A DNA stretch of 64,000 nucleotides from a bacterium (GTDB lineage: Bacteria > Electryoneota > JAOADG01), in contig OY820579.1 in assembly GCA_963681965.1 (NCBI GenBank), positions 3,648,001-3,712,000 of the forward strand. The letters are read 5' to 3'. The notes below the pieces were generated by a model, which was not told the DNA's origin, did not search any database, and saw only the letters and a list, made by a program, of their open reading frames with translations. The position numbers and the translations under genes are program-made. This document shows, in pieces, positions 1 through 10,479 of this stretch (positions are counted from its first letter, which is position 1; each line of letters starts with the position of its first letter).

Positions 1-396
1 GGAACACTTGTAACCCGCTGCTGCTAAGATCGATTGCGCGATGTAGGTACTGGTGGTTTTTCCATTCGATCCGGTGAATCCGAGTATTTTGAGTTTCTTA
101 GCCGGCTCATTGTACCAGATTGCCGCAGCTTTCGCCAATGCGATTCGCGCATTTGGAACCGAGATGTATTGTACATTCGGTGGTAGAATCGCATCTTTAT
201 ACTCACCGACAATAACCGTCGCACCTTGCGATACCGCATCGGGAATAAAACTGTGTCCGTCTTGAGCCGTACCGGTAATCGCAAAAAACACACTGCCGGG
301 AACCACGCGACGGGAATCGTACGCTAGACTGGTAGCCATCCTGTCGCCAAACAGTTCGCGATGTGACGGGAAGAGGTCTGCCAATCGATTACTCAA
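1..396 (-). CDS. murE: UDP-N-acetylmuramoyl-tripeptide synthetase MurE, N-terminal part (runs off the window edge)
   Basis: Not in the ORF track. Manual translation from TTG at 396, overlapping the ftsI stop, gives MSNRLADLF...YDSRRVVPGSVFFAITGTAQDGHSFI...GFTGSNGKTTSTY. This has the Mur-ligase N-terminal motif and P-loop, and it lies directly after ftsI as in dcw clusters. Confidence 0.9.
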   Translation of the reverse strand, partial: MSNRLADLFPSHRELFGDRMATSLAYDSRRVVPGSVFFAITGTAQDGHSFIPDAVSQGATVIVGEYKDAILPPNVQYISVPNARIALAKAAAIWYNEPAKKLKILGFTGSNGKTTSTYIAQSILAAAGYKCS

Positions 397-2522
397 AAAG
401 AACCCCCCTCACACATCAAGATGACCGCTGAATGTGGTTGAACCGGCGTACCGGCGATCGGATTCTGCGACAGTACCCTTCCGACACCTTTCACCGTGGG
501 TACTAGTTCGATCGAAGAGAGTTCGTTGATTGCCGTGCGAATTGACTTACTGACGAGATTAGGTACCGTCACCATATCCGATTGCGACACTCCGCTTGCA
601 AGAATTAACCGGATCCGATTTCCTGTCGTGACAAATCCCGCAGGTGGATCCTGACGTACGATTCGGTTTCCTTTTCCCTCGAACTCAATATTCCAACCCA
701 ACGACATCCGCCCTGCAACCGTCGGTGAGAATCCAGTTAAATCGGGCGTCACACGTCCTGAAGGCGACATTCCAACATAGCTCACCGGAACCGATTGCGT
801 CGATGTCGAAGGCAATGTCTTCAATAATCGTGAAACAATTTTCCGCCAGCAGGGTGCCGCTACGATACCGCCGTATTTACTGCCCGCGCGCGGATCGTCG
901 ACGACGACGGCACAAACCAATTTCGGATTGTCAATCGGTGCAATACCGATGAAGTTGGCGACGGTATGACCTTCCATGTAACCGCCATGCTCGCTCAATT
1001 TCTTCGCAGTACCGGTCTTGCCGCCGACGTTGATCCCTTCGATCAAGGCTTCTTTACCGGTTCCCATAATTGTCACGCGGTGTAACAGTTGCAGCATGGT
1101 CGCCGCAGTCTGCGCTGAAACCGGTCGTGCCCACACTTCCGGATCATATTCGTCGGATACTTGATCGGTCCAATCGATCCGCTTGATCAGTTGCGGATGC
1201 ATTAACACACCTTCGTTCGCCAGTGCGGAATAACCTGCCGTCATCTGCAATGCCGTGACACTGATACCGTGACCGTAGGAGATCGTCGCCTGAGATAGCG
1301 TACTCCAGTTGTCCAGTGACGGCATCATACCCGGCTGCTCCACCGGTAAGCCGGAATGACTGCGTTGCACGAACCCGAATTTTTTAATCCCGTTGCGGAA
1401 TGTTTCCGGACGCAAACGCAACGCCAATTGCAGCGTCACGATATTCGACGATTTAGCGAAACCGTCTTCTACCGATAGCGGACCGCATTTGTGATCGTCG
1501 TGAATTACTTTTCCGCACATCGCATAGGAACCACCGAACGTATTGATAATCTCATCGAGACGGGTATTGGTATTCTCCAACACGGTCGCGAACGTAAACG
1601 TCTTCATCGTGCTTCCCGGTTCGAATAAGTCGTACACGGGGCGCGGTCGGAAGCCGAGTGAGTCGGACGGCGACGGATTGTTCGGATCGAAACTGGGATA
1701 GTTCGCAATGGCAAGTATTTCGCCGGTTTGCGGAATCATCACGATCGCATAACCGCATTGCGCTTTAAATTCGTCGACGGTCGCTGCCAATTCCTCTTCG
1801 ACGATTTGTTGCGCCACGGCATCGATTGTGGTCGTTACATCGGCGCCGTTGATCGCTGGCATAATCGGGTTGTCGAGATCGAGGGTCGAAGCATTCGTCC
1901 CGATCCGTACCCGGTACATCTTTCCCGGAACGCCGGACAATTGCTTATTGAGGCTGCGCTCCAGTCCAAATATTCCCCGGTTCTGGATATCGACTTTTCC
2001 AATCGTCGATGCCGCACAAGCACTGGGATAGAACCGTGCCGATTCGTATGTCTTTACCACCCCGTCGATTTTCAACGCTTCGAATCGTTCTACATCTTCC
2101 GGCATTCGTCGTTTTTCCAACACGACATATCGCTGTGAATCGACTTTCAATCGATCGAGGTAATAACTACTGGGACGATGGAAATATTTCGCCAAGGTAT
2201 CGGCAAGTGCGCGCTGCGAGATCTTCAAACTCTTTTTATCGACGCCAACCGTGAGCACTTTCAGATTCGTTGCCAACGGTACGCCGTTGCGGTCGAGAAT
2301 TTTTCCGCGTTCCGGTTGAATCGGTTCGACATGCTGGTATTGATCGATCGCGATCGCATGCACTTCTTCCCATCGCGCTGTCTGCCAATAGACGTAGCGC
2401 CCGGCACCGATCAACAGCAAACCGACGATGGCAAAAATCATCCATCGAATACGCAAACGGTATTCGGCGTCTTCGATCGCTTTGAAATTTCTTTGAAAAT
2501 CCGGGGGAACCCACCCAAACAT
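393..2522 (-). CDS. ftsI: Peptidoglycan transpeptidase FtsI/PBP3 with two C-terminal PASTA domains
   Basis: N-terminal TM, RGKILDRNG dimerisation motif, SxxK (GSTMK), SxN (SSN), KTGT, and PASTA-like repeats (PDLTG...QDPPAG; VPNLV...QNPIAG). dcw context. Confidence 0.93.
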   Translation of the reverse strand: MFGWVPPDFQRNFKAIEDAEYRLRIRWMIFAIVGLLLIGAGRYVYWQTARWEEVHAIAIDQYQHVEPIQPERGKILDRNGVPLATNLKVLTVGVDKKSLKISQRALADTLAKYFHRPSSYYLDRLKVDSQRYVVLEKRRMPEDVERFEALKIDGVVKTYESARFYPSACAASTIGKVDIQNRGIFGLERSLNKQLSGVPGKMYRVRIGTNASTLDLDNPIMPAINGADVTTTIDAVAQQIVEEELAATVDEFKAQCGYAIVMIPQTGEILAIANYPSFDPNNPSPSDSLGFRPRPVYDLFEPGSTMKTFTFATVLENTNTRLDEIINTFGGSYAMCGKVIHDDHKCGPLSVEDGFAKSSNIVTLQLALRLRPETFRNGIKKFGFVQRSHSGLPVEQPGMMPSLDNWSTLSQATISYGHGISVTALQMTAGYSALANEGVLMHPQLIKRIDWTDQVSDEYDPEVWARPVSAQTAATMLQLLHRVTIMGTGKEALIEGINVGGKTGTAKKLSEHGGYMEGHTVANFIGIAPIDNPKLVCAVVVDDPRAGSKYGGIVAAPCWRKIVSRLLKTLPSTSTQSVPVSYVGMSPSGRVTPDLTGFSPTVAGRMSLGWNIEFEGKGNRIVRQDPPAGFVTTGNRIRLILASGVSQSDMVTVPNLVSKSIRTAINELSSIELVPTVKGVGRVLSQNPIAGTPVQPHSAVILMCEGGSF

Positions 2523-2531
2523 ATCTGCCTC

Positions 2532-2975
2532 TTAATTACTCGTCGGTCGGGTCGATTTGGAAAATTGCTGTGTGAATGAATTCGGTGACTGATTGCTTTC
2601 ATTGTGCCGTCGCTTCTGATACAGTGCCAGATGGCGTTTGTCGAATTGATCGGTCGGAACCGGCAATGCCTGCGTGACTTGTGTCGAACCGACAAATCCC
2701 AGCGCTTGCGCTTTGTGTGCAATCGCATCGAATTTCATTAATTCGTTCAGTCGCGCCTGCTTGCTCATCTGCAATCGCTTCATCGAGCTGATCGATCGTT
2801 GCGCAATATCGATTTGTTGCACGGTAACCTGATTGTGATAATTGAAATAGGAAATCGATCCGATTCCGGCAAACAGAACCAGTACAAATAGCGTCGTTCG
2901 ACGCAGCCGACGTTTCGTAAGTTCGCGCGACGGTTCGGGAATAATGAAAATGCTGCGAATTACTTGTTCACTCAT
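2532..2975 (-). CDS. ftsL: Probable cell division protein FtsL
   Basis: Single TM followed by a coiled-coil and IAHKAQALGF. Lies between rsmH and ftsI. Confidence 0.65.
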   Translation of the reverse strand: MSEQVIRSIFIIPEPSRELTKRRLRRTTLFVLVLFAGIGSISYFNYHNQVTVQQIDIAQRSISSMKRLQMSKQARLNELMKFDAIAHKAQALGFVGSTQVTQALPVPTDQFDKRHLALYQKRRHNESNQSPNSFTQQFSKSTRPTSN

Positions 2976-3892
2976 CGGGTACCTCCTCGTACTGCCGAAC
3001 GCAACACTGCCGAAGCGGCGCGGCTATTATTCCGACATTCGCCGGGAACCGCTTTCGCGGGCAGGGTGTTGACTGCAGACCAATACCGCTCACCGGTGCG
3101 GGAGCGTTGGGGATCGAGTGACGGCGAATGTGCCGCGAACTCTGATTTCACGATTTTTGCTTCACCGGAATGAAATGTCAGAATAGCAATTTTTCCGCCG
3201 GTAGCAAGTTTGTCGCGCGCGCATTCCAGCAACGCTTGCAACTCGCCGTATTCGTCGTTCAAGGCAATTCGCAGCGACTGAAGAAAACGCGCAATCACAT
3301 TTCCGGGTAATGTTTCGACTTTTCCGAATCCCGCCTGAAGCGCTTCGCGAATCGTATTGACTTCACCCGCAATTGCCGCCGCGTGGAGTGGATCGGCAAT
3401 CTTGTGTGAATGAATAAAATCGCCTCCGACATCGAGCGCGTGTACGATTTCAGCGCTGGAAACTTGTGCCAACCATTCCGCCGCAGTCATTTGATTCAAT
3501 CCCATCCGGAGATCGAGTGGCGCATCGAGATTGGAAAGAGAAAATCCTCGATCTGTGGAATCGAGTTGAGGCGAGGAGACCCCTAGGTCTGCCAGAACGC
3601 CGTCAATTTGATTCCAGTTCAACATTTCCAATACCTTCCGAATATTTCCAAACCGTTCTTGGATGACTGTCACACGTGGATCGGTTGCGAATTTCGCATT
3701 TAATGCCGTGATCGCTTGCGGGTCGCGATCGAAAATCAACACCTTTGCTGTTGGATCAAGCCGGTTGAGTAATTCCTGCGCATGTCCACCGCCGCCGCCG
3801 GTAACATCGAGATAGCGACCGGTTGGAAGGGAGAGGCAGGCTTCGACTGTTTCCCGCAGTAACACGGGCAAGTGTCGAAACGGCTCGATCAA
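2972..3892 (-). CDS. rsmH: 16S rRNA m4C1402 methyltransferase RsmH (MraW)
   Basis: HLPVLLRE, DVTGGGGGH, DLGVSSPQLD...RGFS, PLDLRM, QSLRIALNDE and TFHSGE motifs. dcw position. Confidence 0.93.
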   Translation of the reverse strand: MIEPFRHLPVLLRETVEACLSLPTGRYLDVTGGGGGHAQELLNRLDPTAKVLIFDRDPQAITALNAKFATDPRVTVIQERFGNIRKVLEMLNWNQIDGVLADLGVSSPQLDSTDRGFSLSNLDAPLDLRMGLNQMTAAEWLAQVSSAEIVHALDVGGDFIHSHKIADPLHAAAIAGEVNTIREALQAGFGKVETLPGNVIARFLQSLRIALNDEYGELQALLECARDKLATGGKIAILTFHSGEAKIVKSEFAAHSPSLDPQRSRTGERYWSAVNTLPAKAVPGECRNNSRAASAVLRSAVRGGTR

Positions 3893-4386
3893 CAGATTTC
3901 CTGAAAGAGCTGTGCCGGGTTATCGGCGGATTCTTGAAGCGCGAGGTAGCGATTGAATGCAACCTCGGAAAACAACCAAGCATATTTACCAAAGCCAATG
4001 ACAACTGCGCGGAGGCAATTGTCCCAAGCGAAACTAGTCGGTAAATCTACCAGTTTTGGAAGCGTAAGTCGATAATCTTTGTTAACTTCTATGACGGAGA
4101 AGTCGCGATAAAGTTGTCGGCGGAGGGCGGGACGATCTTGTTCCGGAAGTTGTCCGATGCGATCTTCGATAATGGCATACAGCACAGGTGCCGGGTGGAT
4201 TTGGAGACAATTTTGTTTATCGTTGCGAAGCCAAATAAGTTCGGGCTGATCGGTAACCGGGAGCAACGGGCGTCGAAGTGGAGCTGGCAAGATGATGCGG
4301 TGCGAGGAGGCGGAGTTCTCTTCGAGTGCGATGAAATGCGGTCCCGGCGGTATCGCCCTATATTCTCCAACTGGATTACTATTCAT
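3889..4386 (-). CDS. mraZ: Divergent MraZ-like transcriptional regulator
   Basis: First gene of the dcw cluster. Two AbrB-like half repeats (HRIILPAPLR; YRLTLPKLV) and VVIGFGKYAWLFS, resembling the MraZ C-terminal motif. Confidence 0.7.
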   Translation of the reverse strand: MNSNPVGEYRAIPPGPHFIALEENSASSHRIILPAPLRRPLLPVTDQPELIWLRNDKQNCLQIHPAPVLYAIIEDRIGQLPEQDRPALRRQLYRDFSVIEVNKDYRLTLPKLVDLPTSFAWDNCLRAVVIGFGKYAWLFSEVAFNRYLALQESADNPAQLFQEIC

Positions 4387-4755
4387 TCCTAATTCCTCCG
4401 TCCGGGGATAAGTAAGAACATTTTCGAGGGAAAGTCAACTACTTCCTCGCTTGTCCGGCTTTTTATGACTCAAGAAACCTTGATTTTATGTCGATAGCAG
4501 ACAGTTTTCAGTAATGTTTCACAGATTTCGGGGCTTTAAATAAGCATTTCTAATGACATATTGAAAAGTGTTTCAAAAAGAACAAGTTACTAACTCTAAG
4601 AGGTATCAGATGTTAACTCGATCCTCTGGAAAAACAACGTCAAAGTATATGTGACTGTTGCAATCATCGAGTTTAACTAGAGTTTCCAAAACTCTGTCAA
4701 AAATACTTGATAACCTTAGACTTCTGAGGTTCCAAAGAAAGGGATCGTTAGGATA

Positions 4756-6114
4756 GTGATGGGAAAAGTTCGGATTCTAATTGTTTCATTATTGGTTATT
4801 TGGATGTTAACGCCATGTCTCGCCGAGCTGAGCAGCGTCCGGTTGACAATCTTTACCCGCGATTTGATGCAAATCAAAGAAACACATTCTGTTACATTGA
4901 ATTCCGGGATTCAAACCCTCATCTTCCCACAACCGATTCCGCACCTGTCTGTCTCGTCGTTGCGCATCGATCCAGTCGTTTCCGATGCCAGTGTCCGCGC
5001 AATTTCTTCGCTATATCAGCAGGAAGCACTCGACATGGCATCGATTTGGGGTCTATATAACGGTCGCTGGGTCAGTTTTCAGCAGGGTAGTGAAGTGTTT
5101 CGCGGTAAATTAATCCGTGTTACTGACACGCATATCTATTTGCAACCCGATTCGACCATGACCCGGGTAGAAATAATCGATAAAAATGTCCTGAATTCGA
5201 TCGCATTTGACTCCCTACCGGCTCCTGCCGCCGGTAGTTCACGGTTTGAGTGGAAAGCCTTTAGCCGCTTCGATCAAACGATCCCGGTTCGAATTTCCTA
5301 TATGACATCTGGAGCAAATTGGCGCGCTGCCTACCATCTTTGGCTTACCGACCCGAATGCTGGCTTGCTGCAAGGTGAATATTCGATCGAGAACACTACT
5401 AGTCGCAATTTTATGCAAGCCGAGGTAGAATTGATCGCCGGCGATCCCCAGCTAACTCTGGACGATGGACCGATCGAGAAAATGGTCACGGCAAAAAGCG
5501 GTACGAATGCTGCATCGACCGCTTGGCAAGGCTATCAGCGCTATCTCCTCCCCTCACCGGTCGATTTACCGGCGCATAGTGCGGTCCAAATGGAACTTCT
5601 GCCGGTAATTCCGGTTGCCGGTGAAACACGCTATATTCTGGAAAATGCGACGGTGCAAAGTGCCACGATCCATCGTGAGTTTACCTTTCATCTGCCTGAT
5701 TCGCACCAGCAGGCACTGCCGTGGGGCGAAGTTACGATCTACGGCGATACTGTAAACGGTGGCACATTTATTGGCGAGGATTATCTCGGACCAGCATCGT
5801 CCGGAAGTCTGTTATCGGTTTCGACCGGTGGCGTATTCGATCTGTCGGCGAAGAAAGAGCGAATTTCCTATCAGCGAAAAAATCGCAATGATGCCGAAGA
5901 GACATATCGGATTTCGATTTCGAGTGCGATGTCAGAAAATATTACGCTCGTCGTCCGCGAAGCGATTTACGGTAATTGGCGTTTGCTGCATTCAAATTCG
6001 AAAGCCGGAACAATCGATCCAACGACTACAAATGCCGCTGCGATCGAATGGCAATTAAAAATTCCCGCACAAAGTGAAGAGATTTTGGAGTATTCCCTTG
6101 AAAAGACCCGCTAA
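4756..6114 (+). CDS. Secreted DUF4139-like domain protein
   Basis: Signal peptide. SYMTSGANWRAAY, IENTTSRNFMQAEVELIAGD, LPWGEVTIY...FIGED and WQLKIPAQSE..LEY match my recollection of DUF4139/4140 proteins. Confidence 0.7.
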   Translation: MMGKVRILIVSLLVIWMLTPCLAELSSVRLTIFTRDLMQIKETHSVTLNSGIQTLIFPQPIPHLSVSSLRIDPVVSDASVRAISSLYQQEALDMASIWGLYNGRWVSFQQGSEVFRGKLIRVTDTHIYLQPDSTMTRVEIIDKNVLNSIAFDSLPAPAAGSSRFEWKAFSRFDQTIPVRISYMTSGANWRAAYHLWLTDPNAGLLQGEYSIENTTSRNFMQAEVELIAGDPQLTLDDGPIEKMVTAKSGTNAASTAWQGYQRYLLPSPVDLPAHSAVQMELLPVIPVAGETRYILENATVQSATIHREFTFHLPDSHQQALPWGEVTIYGDTVNGGTFIGEDYLGPASSGSLLSVSTGGVFDLSAKKERISYQRKNRNDAEETYRISISSAMSENITLVVREAIYGNWRLLHSNSKAGTIDPTTTNAAAIEWQLKIPAQSEEILEYSLEKTR

Positions 6115-6124
6115 CTTGCTACCA

Positions 6125-7114
6125 ATGCCTCTCAAGCGAACCATGTCCGGTTTATTCGGTTGCATCCTGATTTCGGCAATCCTCGTTCTGTCTGGATGTC
6201 CAAAAGACAAGAAGAGTCCGACCGGACCGTATAGTGCGCTGGAACTTCGACAACTCTTATCCAACGGTACACATCCGATCGTCTCGCCCGATGGCGAACG
6301 AATCCTTTTCCGTCGCGGTGGTTCGTGGTATCTTGCCGCGTACGATGGTACTACCACCACCGGATTTTCCATATCGCCGACTCCAACCAGTGAAATCGTT
6401 TGGTTGCGCGATGCCAACCGCAGTAGTTTCCGAGCTGTGTATTCCGCTAGTGGTGCCAGTGGTACCGCGAATAACGGCATCTTCATGATCAACTTGACTA
6501 CCGGTCGCACTGTGCAATTGTACGGTTCCGGTCGCGATCCGCAGCCTTGGGAAATCCCCGACGATACGTTACGAATCGTCTTCGAAGAGACCAATTCGAT
6601 GGCAGGCAGCGGTATCGCAGTTTTCAATTATGTCACCGAACAAGTGCAATACTTGAAGTTACTCGGCAATCATCCCGCCCCTGCCCCGAACGGTCAAATG
6701 ATTGCTTACCTTGGCGGACAAAGTGGCGATAAACCTGCTTATGCCCGGGCTTCCGAGAATTGGACCGAACATCAACTCTCGAACATCACTGCAACCCATA
6801 TTCAGGCACTCGACTCAGCAACCGTCTGTTTCGATTCCTATCCCGGATCGGGAACCGGTCTCAATCCCGCAATTTATCGTGTCGATGTGAATCATCTCCC
6901 TGCGCAAATCTGGTTCGACAATGCCGGATCACCTCATGCTGCTGCGAATGGCGCGCTCGCATACCTCGGCATCATCTCATCCAGTCGCACCGCACTGCGG
7001 CTCTATCGCGCTGGCAATAATTATCAAATCACCGAAAATGCTGTATTCTTCAGCATCAACGCCTCGGGACAAATAGTCTTCGAAGAGGCGGGAAGTTTAT
7101 GGTACACCAATTAA
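6125..7114 (+). CDS. TolB-like (PD40 beta-propeller) lipoprotein
   Basis: Lipobox VLSGC after a hydrophobic stretch, with PD40-like motifs PIVSPDGERILF and PAPAPNGQMIAY. Start moved to ATG 6125 (ORF track gives 6074). Confidence 0.65.
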   Translation: MPLKRTMSGLFGCILISAILVLSGCPKDKKSPTGPYSALELRQLLSNGTHPIVSPDGERILFRRGGSWYLAAYDGTTTTGFSISPTPTSEIVWLRDANRSSFRAVYSASGASGTANNGIFMINLTTGRTVQLYGSGRDPQPWEIPDDTLRIVFEETNSMAGSGIAVFNYVTEQVQYLKLLGNHPAPAPNGQMIAYLGGQSGDKPAYARASENWTEHQLSNITATHIQALDSATVCFDSYPGSGTGLNPAIYRVDVNHLPAQIWFDNAGSPHAAANGALAYLGIISSSRTALRLYRAGNNYQITENAVFFSINASGQIVFEEAGSLWYTN

Positions 7115-8712
7115 TCGGAGTGAAAAATATTTCCCGGCATTTCACTCTTTTCATTCTGCTCGCAGCTTTTCTAGTTCCGACGATTACAGTACTAGCGCAA
7201 TCGTCGACATCCTCTCCGCCTGACCGGTACTGGATCGAAACCGACCGCCAATACTGGCAATCGCATCGAGTATTGATCTCGCCCGACGACGATTCACCCC
7301 GTGCCAAACGACTGCGCCGTGAAGAACAAACGGTCTATTCTTACTCATTGAAACCGGAATATCAATCATTTTTGTTAGCGTGCGGAATCGATTCGATCGA
7401 GTGTATGCACTCGCTTCCCATCGCATTTATCGCGAGTACGAAACAAGCGCTGCAGCGGGCATCACAGCGCGATTCCCTGTTTAAGTCTCATCCATTGCAT
7501 CGTTATCAAGCGATTTCGGCAAAGTCGATTTCCGGCGGTGGTTCCGATTATGGTTCATCCTATGAACAATTGGCACCGCTCGGTATCCCCGAAGCGCAAG
7601 AGTGGGATGGATTGAGTGGAAATGGTGTGCTGATCGGGGTCTTAGACGACGGATTTATTCTCGAACACCGTAGTCTCAAATCGGTGAAGATCGCGGGATC
7701 ACGCAATTTTGTCGCTCCACTTCCCCCCTCGGCAAAGTGGTTCAAGAACGAACATCCCGGTGCGCACGGCACTGCGGTACTGTCACTAATGGCGGGATTC
7801 GATCCGGGAGTATATCACGGTGGTGCGCCGCAAGCATCTTATCTCCTGGCGCGCGTATTCGATGCCCGCAATCAACGCAACGATGACGAGCGCAGTTGGG
7901 TACGTGCAGTCGAGTGGTGTGAAGAAAATGGTGCGGAAATCATCACGTCGTCATTGACCTTCGATGAACCGAAACCACTCACCGATTCGCAGGAGCTATA
8001 TGCGCGTGTTGCTCGGGAAATCCGGCGTCGCGGCGTTATCCTGATCTGTTCTGCCGGCAACGAAGGACCGAAACCGGGATCGATCAATGCCCCTTCGACG
8101 GCTGCGTCGATCTGGTCGATTGCAGCACTCGATGCAGGTAATACCGTGGCGAAATTTTCCAGTCGCGGACCGACTGCCGACCACGCCTGCAAGCCGGAAT
8201 TTGCCGCGCAAGGCGACAATGTCGTGATTGCATCGCTCGATAGCGCCAGCGGCTACACGACCGGTGATGGTACCTCTTATGCGACACCGCTGGTGGCTGC
8301 GACTTTTGCGCTGTTACGCGAGGCGCACCCTGATTGGACGGCTGATAAAATCGAGGATGCGATGATCTCCTCATGTGAGCAAGCGGCTTCGCCGGATAAC
8401 GATCGCGGGTACGGCACACCGTGGTTGCCCGAAGCATTGCTGTATCCCATCGTTTCCGGACAGGTTCTCGTTACGGCACTGCAACCGATTCGCAATGCTT
8501 CCGTCCTGTTACTTCCAGTGCAATCGAACGATTCAATCTCTGCAGCGATGGTACAGACCGATTCCACCGGTCGCTTCGAATTCACGAATGTTGCCGATGG
8601 TACGTATCGAGTTTGGGTACCGCCGCTGCAAAATGTCTTTCCGATCCGTGAACTTATCATCCCCGGTTCGCATTACCTCGATCTTCGAATGCAGTTAGAT
8701 TCTCGAAAATGA
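7099..8712 (+). CDS. Secreted S8 (subtilisin-family) serine peptidase with C-terminal carboxypeptidase-regulatory-like Ig domain
   Basis: Catalytic triad motifs GVLDDG, HGT and GTSYATP, oxyanion motif SAGNEG, FSSRGPTAD...KPE, a signal peptide, and C-terminal TDSTGRFEFTNVADGTY. Confidence 0.92.
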   Translation: MVHQLIGVKNISRHFTLFILLAAFLVPTITVLAQSSTSSPPDRYWIETDRQYWQSHRVLISPDDDSPRAKRLRREEQTVYSYSLKPEYQSFLLACGIDSIECMHSLPIAFIASTKQALQRASQRDSLFKSHPLHRYQAISAKSISGGGSDYGSSYEQLAPLGIPEAQEWDGLSGNGVLIGVLDDGFILEHRSLKSVKIAGSRNFVAPLPPSAKWFKNEHPGAHGTAVLSLMAGFDPGVYHGGAPQASYLLARVFDARNQRNDDERSWVRAVEWCEENGAEIITSSLTFDEPKPLTDSQELYARVAREIRRRGVILICSAGNEGPKPGSINAPSTAASIWSIAALDAGNTVAKFSSRGPTADHACKPEFAAQGDNVVIASLDSASGYTTGDGTSYATPLVAATFALLREAHPDWTADKIEDAMISSCEQAASPDNDRGYGTPWLPEALLYPIVSGQVLVTALQPIRNASVLLLPVQSNDSISAAMVQTDSTGRFEFTNVADGTYRVWVPPLQNVFPIRELIIPGSHYLDLRMQLDSRK

Positions 8713-8722
8713 GTTTCTGTCG

Positions 8723-8993
8723 GTAGCGGCGAACTTTAGTTCGCGTATTTTTCTTCCGAAGCGGCGAATCATTGCGGTCGCACATCTCTCTTTTTCAGTA
8801 CTGCCGATCTCCGATTCGGCAATCATTTTCATACTAAAAAAAAGCGGACTAAAGTCCGCCGCTACCGTCTTTTCACACCCAAGACCTACCCCCCATCTTT
8901 GTGCAGGGTAGGGGCGGTTCGCGAACCGCCCGTGTCCATTGATGATACACAAATCAATACAGGATGCGGGCGGGCATGGGAGCCCGCCCCTAC
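8723..8993. repeat. REP-like hairpin cluster 1 (GTAG/GTAC-led palindromes, including an 86-bp REPIN-like doublet at 8908-8993)
   Basis: GTAGCGGCGAACTTTAGTTCGC, AGTACTGCCGATCTCCGATTCGGC, GCGGACTAAAGTCCGCCGCTAC, GTAGGGGCGGTTCGCGAACCGCCC and GGGCGGGCATGGGAGCCCGCCCCTAC, lying between convergent genes. Confidence 0.85.
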
Positions 8994-9006
8994 TTCACAA
9001 TATGAA

Positions 9007-10266
9007 TTACTTCAACAACACAATCTTCTGCGTCTGGGAAAATGTTCCCGCATTCAACCTCACAAAATACGTTCCCGCCGCCAGACTCTTGCCTTCGAAA
9101 TGGAATGTGTATTCACCCGGATCCTGATTAAAATTCACCAGCGTCGCCACTTCTTTTCCAGTCACATCGTATACCCGAAGATCGACTTTAACACTCTTCG
9201 CAATCGCATATCGAAGCTCAGTCGTCGCATTGAATGGATTCGGATAATTCGGTTTCAGCGCGAATTTTGTCGGAATGGATTCGCTGGTGCGATCGACCAC
9301 ACCGAGTGCCTGCGAACAGTCGTAGATTCCAAAATTCGAGACGTCGGCGACATATACGTAATTACCGGAAGTACAAACCCCAACCGATGTACCGCGCGTA
9401 TCGTAGAAACCAATTTCATAAGGATGCGCGGGATTGCTGACATTGACGACACGGAGTCCGGAAGTATAATCTGCGATGTATACATAATTGCCCGAAATCG
9501 CAATACCATCCGCATCTCCGGGTGTATCGTAAAATCCTGTTTCGATAGGAGTCGCTGGATTTGAGATATTGATAATCCGTAAACCTGAACCACCATCTGC
9601 AACGTAGGCGTAATTTCCCGAAACGACGATACCGTTTGCCGAACCGGGAGTATCATAATATCCAGTCTCTGCGGGGTGTGCGCGGTCAGCGATATTAATG
9701 ATTCTTAAACCAGCAGTTCCACCTGCAACGAATGCGTAATTGCCCGAAATTGCAACGCTAACAGCAATTCCAGGGGTGATATATGAACCAACTGAAACCG
9801 GACTTGCTGCATTTCCGACATCGAGGATTCTTAAACCTAAACCACCGCAAGCAACATAAGCATAGCCCCCTGCTACCTTGACATCGTAAGCGACGAGCTG
9901 GGTCGTAAAGGAACCGATCTCGGTCGGATTAGCAGGATCGCTGATATTTACTACCCGTAATCCGCCATAAAAATCTGCAACGAATGCTATGTTATTGTTG
10001 ATTGCGACACCGTCTGCCGTACCGGGAGTATCGAAATCGCTTATCTCATCGGGATTGGTTGGATCGGAAACATTGATAATACGCAATCCGGAATAACCAC
10101 CTCCGACAAAAGCATAATTTCCCTGAACCAACACATTGACGATTCCATTCTCAGTGTAATTGATCACCCCGACACGACGGACATTCGAGCTGTCTTGTGA
10201 CCATCCCAAAGTGCTCGATATGAGAAGAACTAAACATACAAGTAGTAACTTTCGCAACGGATTCAT
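9007..10266 (-). CDS. LVIVD-repeat beta-propeller protein with C-terminal secretion (T9SS type A-like) sorting domain
   Basis: Signal peptide, about 7 repeats of GNYAYVAD..GLRIINISNP..P, and a [13 protein letters not shown]...GTYFVRL...KIVLLK. Confidence 0.9.
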   Translation of the reverse strand: MNPLRKLLLVCLVLLISSTLGWSQDSSNVRRVGVINYTENGIVNVLVQGNYAFVGGGYSGLRIINVSDPTNPDEISDFDTPGTADGVAINNNIAFVADFYGGLRVVNISDPANPTEIGSFTTQLVAYDVKVAGGYAYVACGGLGLRILDVGNAASPVSVGSYITPGIAVSVAISGNYAFVAGGTAGLRIINIADRAHPAETGYYDTPGSANGIVVSGNYAYVADGGSGLRIINISNPATPIETGFYDTPGDADGIAISGNYVYIADYTSGLRVVNVSNPAHPYEIGFYDTRGTSVGVCTSGNYVYVADVSNFGIYDCSQALGVVDRTSESIPTKFALKPNYPNPFNATTELRYAIAKSVKVDLRVYDVTGKEVATLVNFNQDPGEYTFHFEGKSLAAGTYFVRLNAGTFSQTQKIVLLK

Positions 10267-10479
10267 GGTTAACCCCTTAAGAATCAGTTAATGAAGTGAT
10301 TATTACTGATATGAACTAGACTTATAAAGTCGAAAGTATCAATGGTTTGTTGATTTAGCAAGCATTTTTTTTCATATACAAATAATTCTTCAATTTCTGA
10401 CAGATCAAACAATCGAGTACAAAGAAAAAACTGGCAATCCTTTGCCAGCCTCACGATTGAAAAATTTTGGAAGTCCAAT

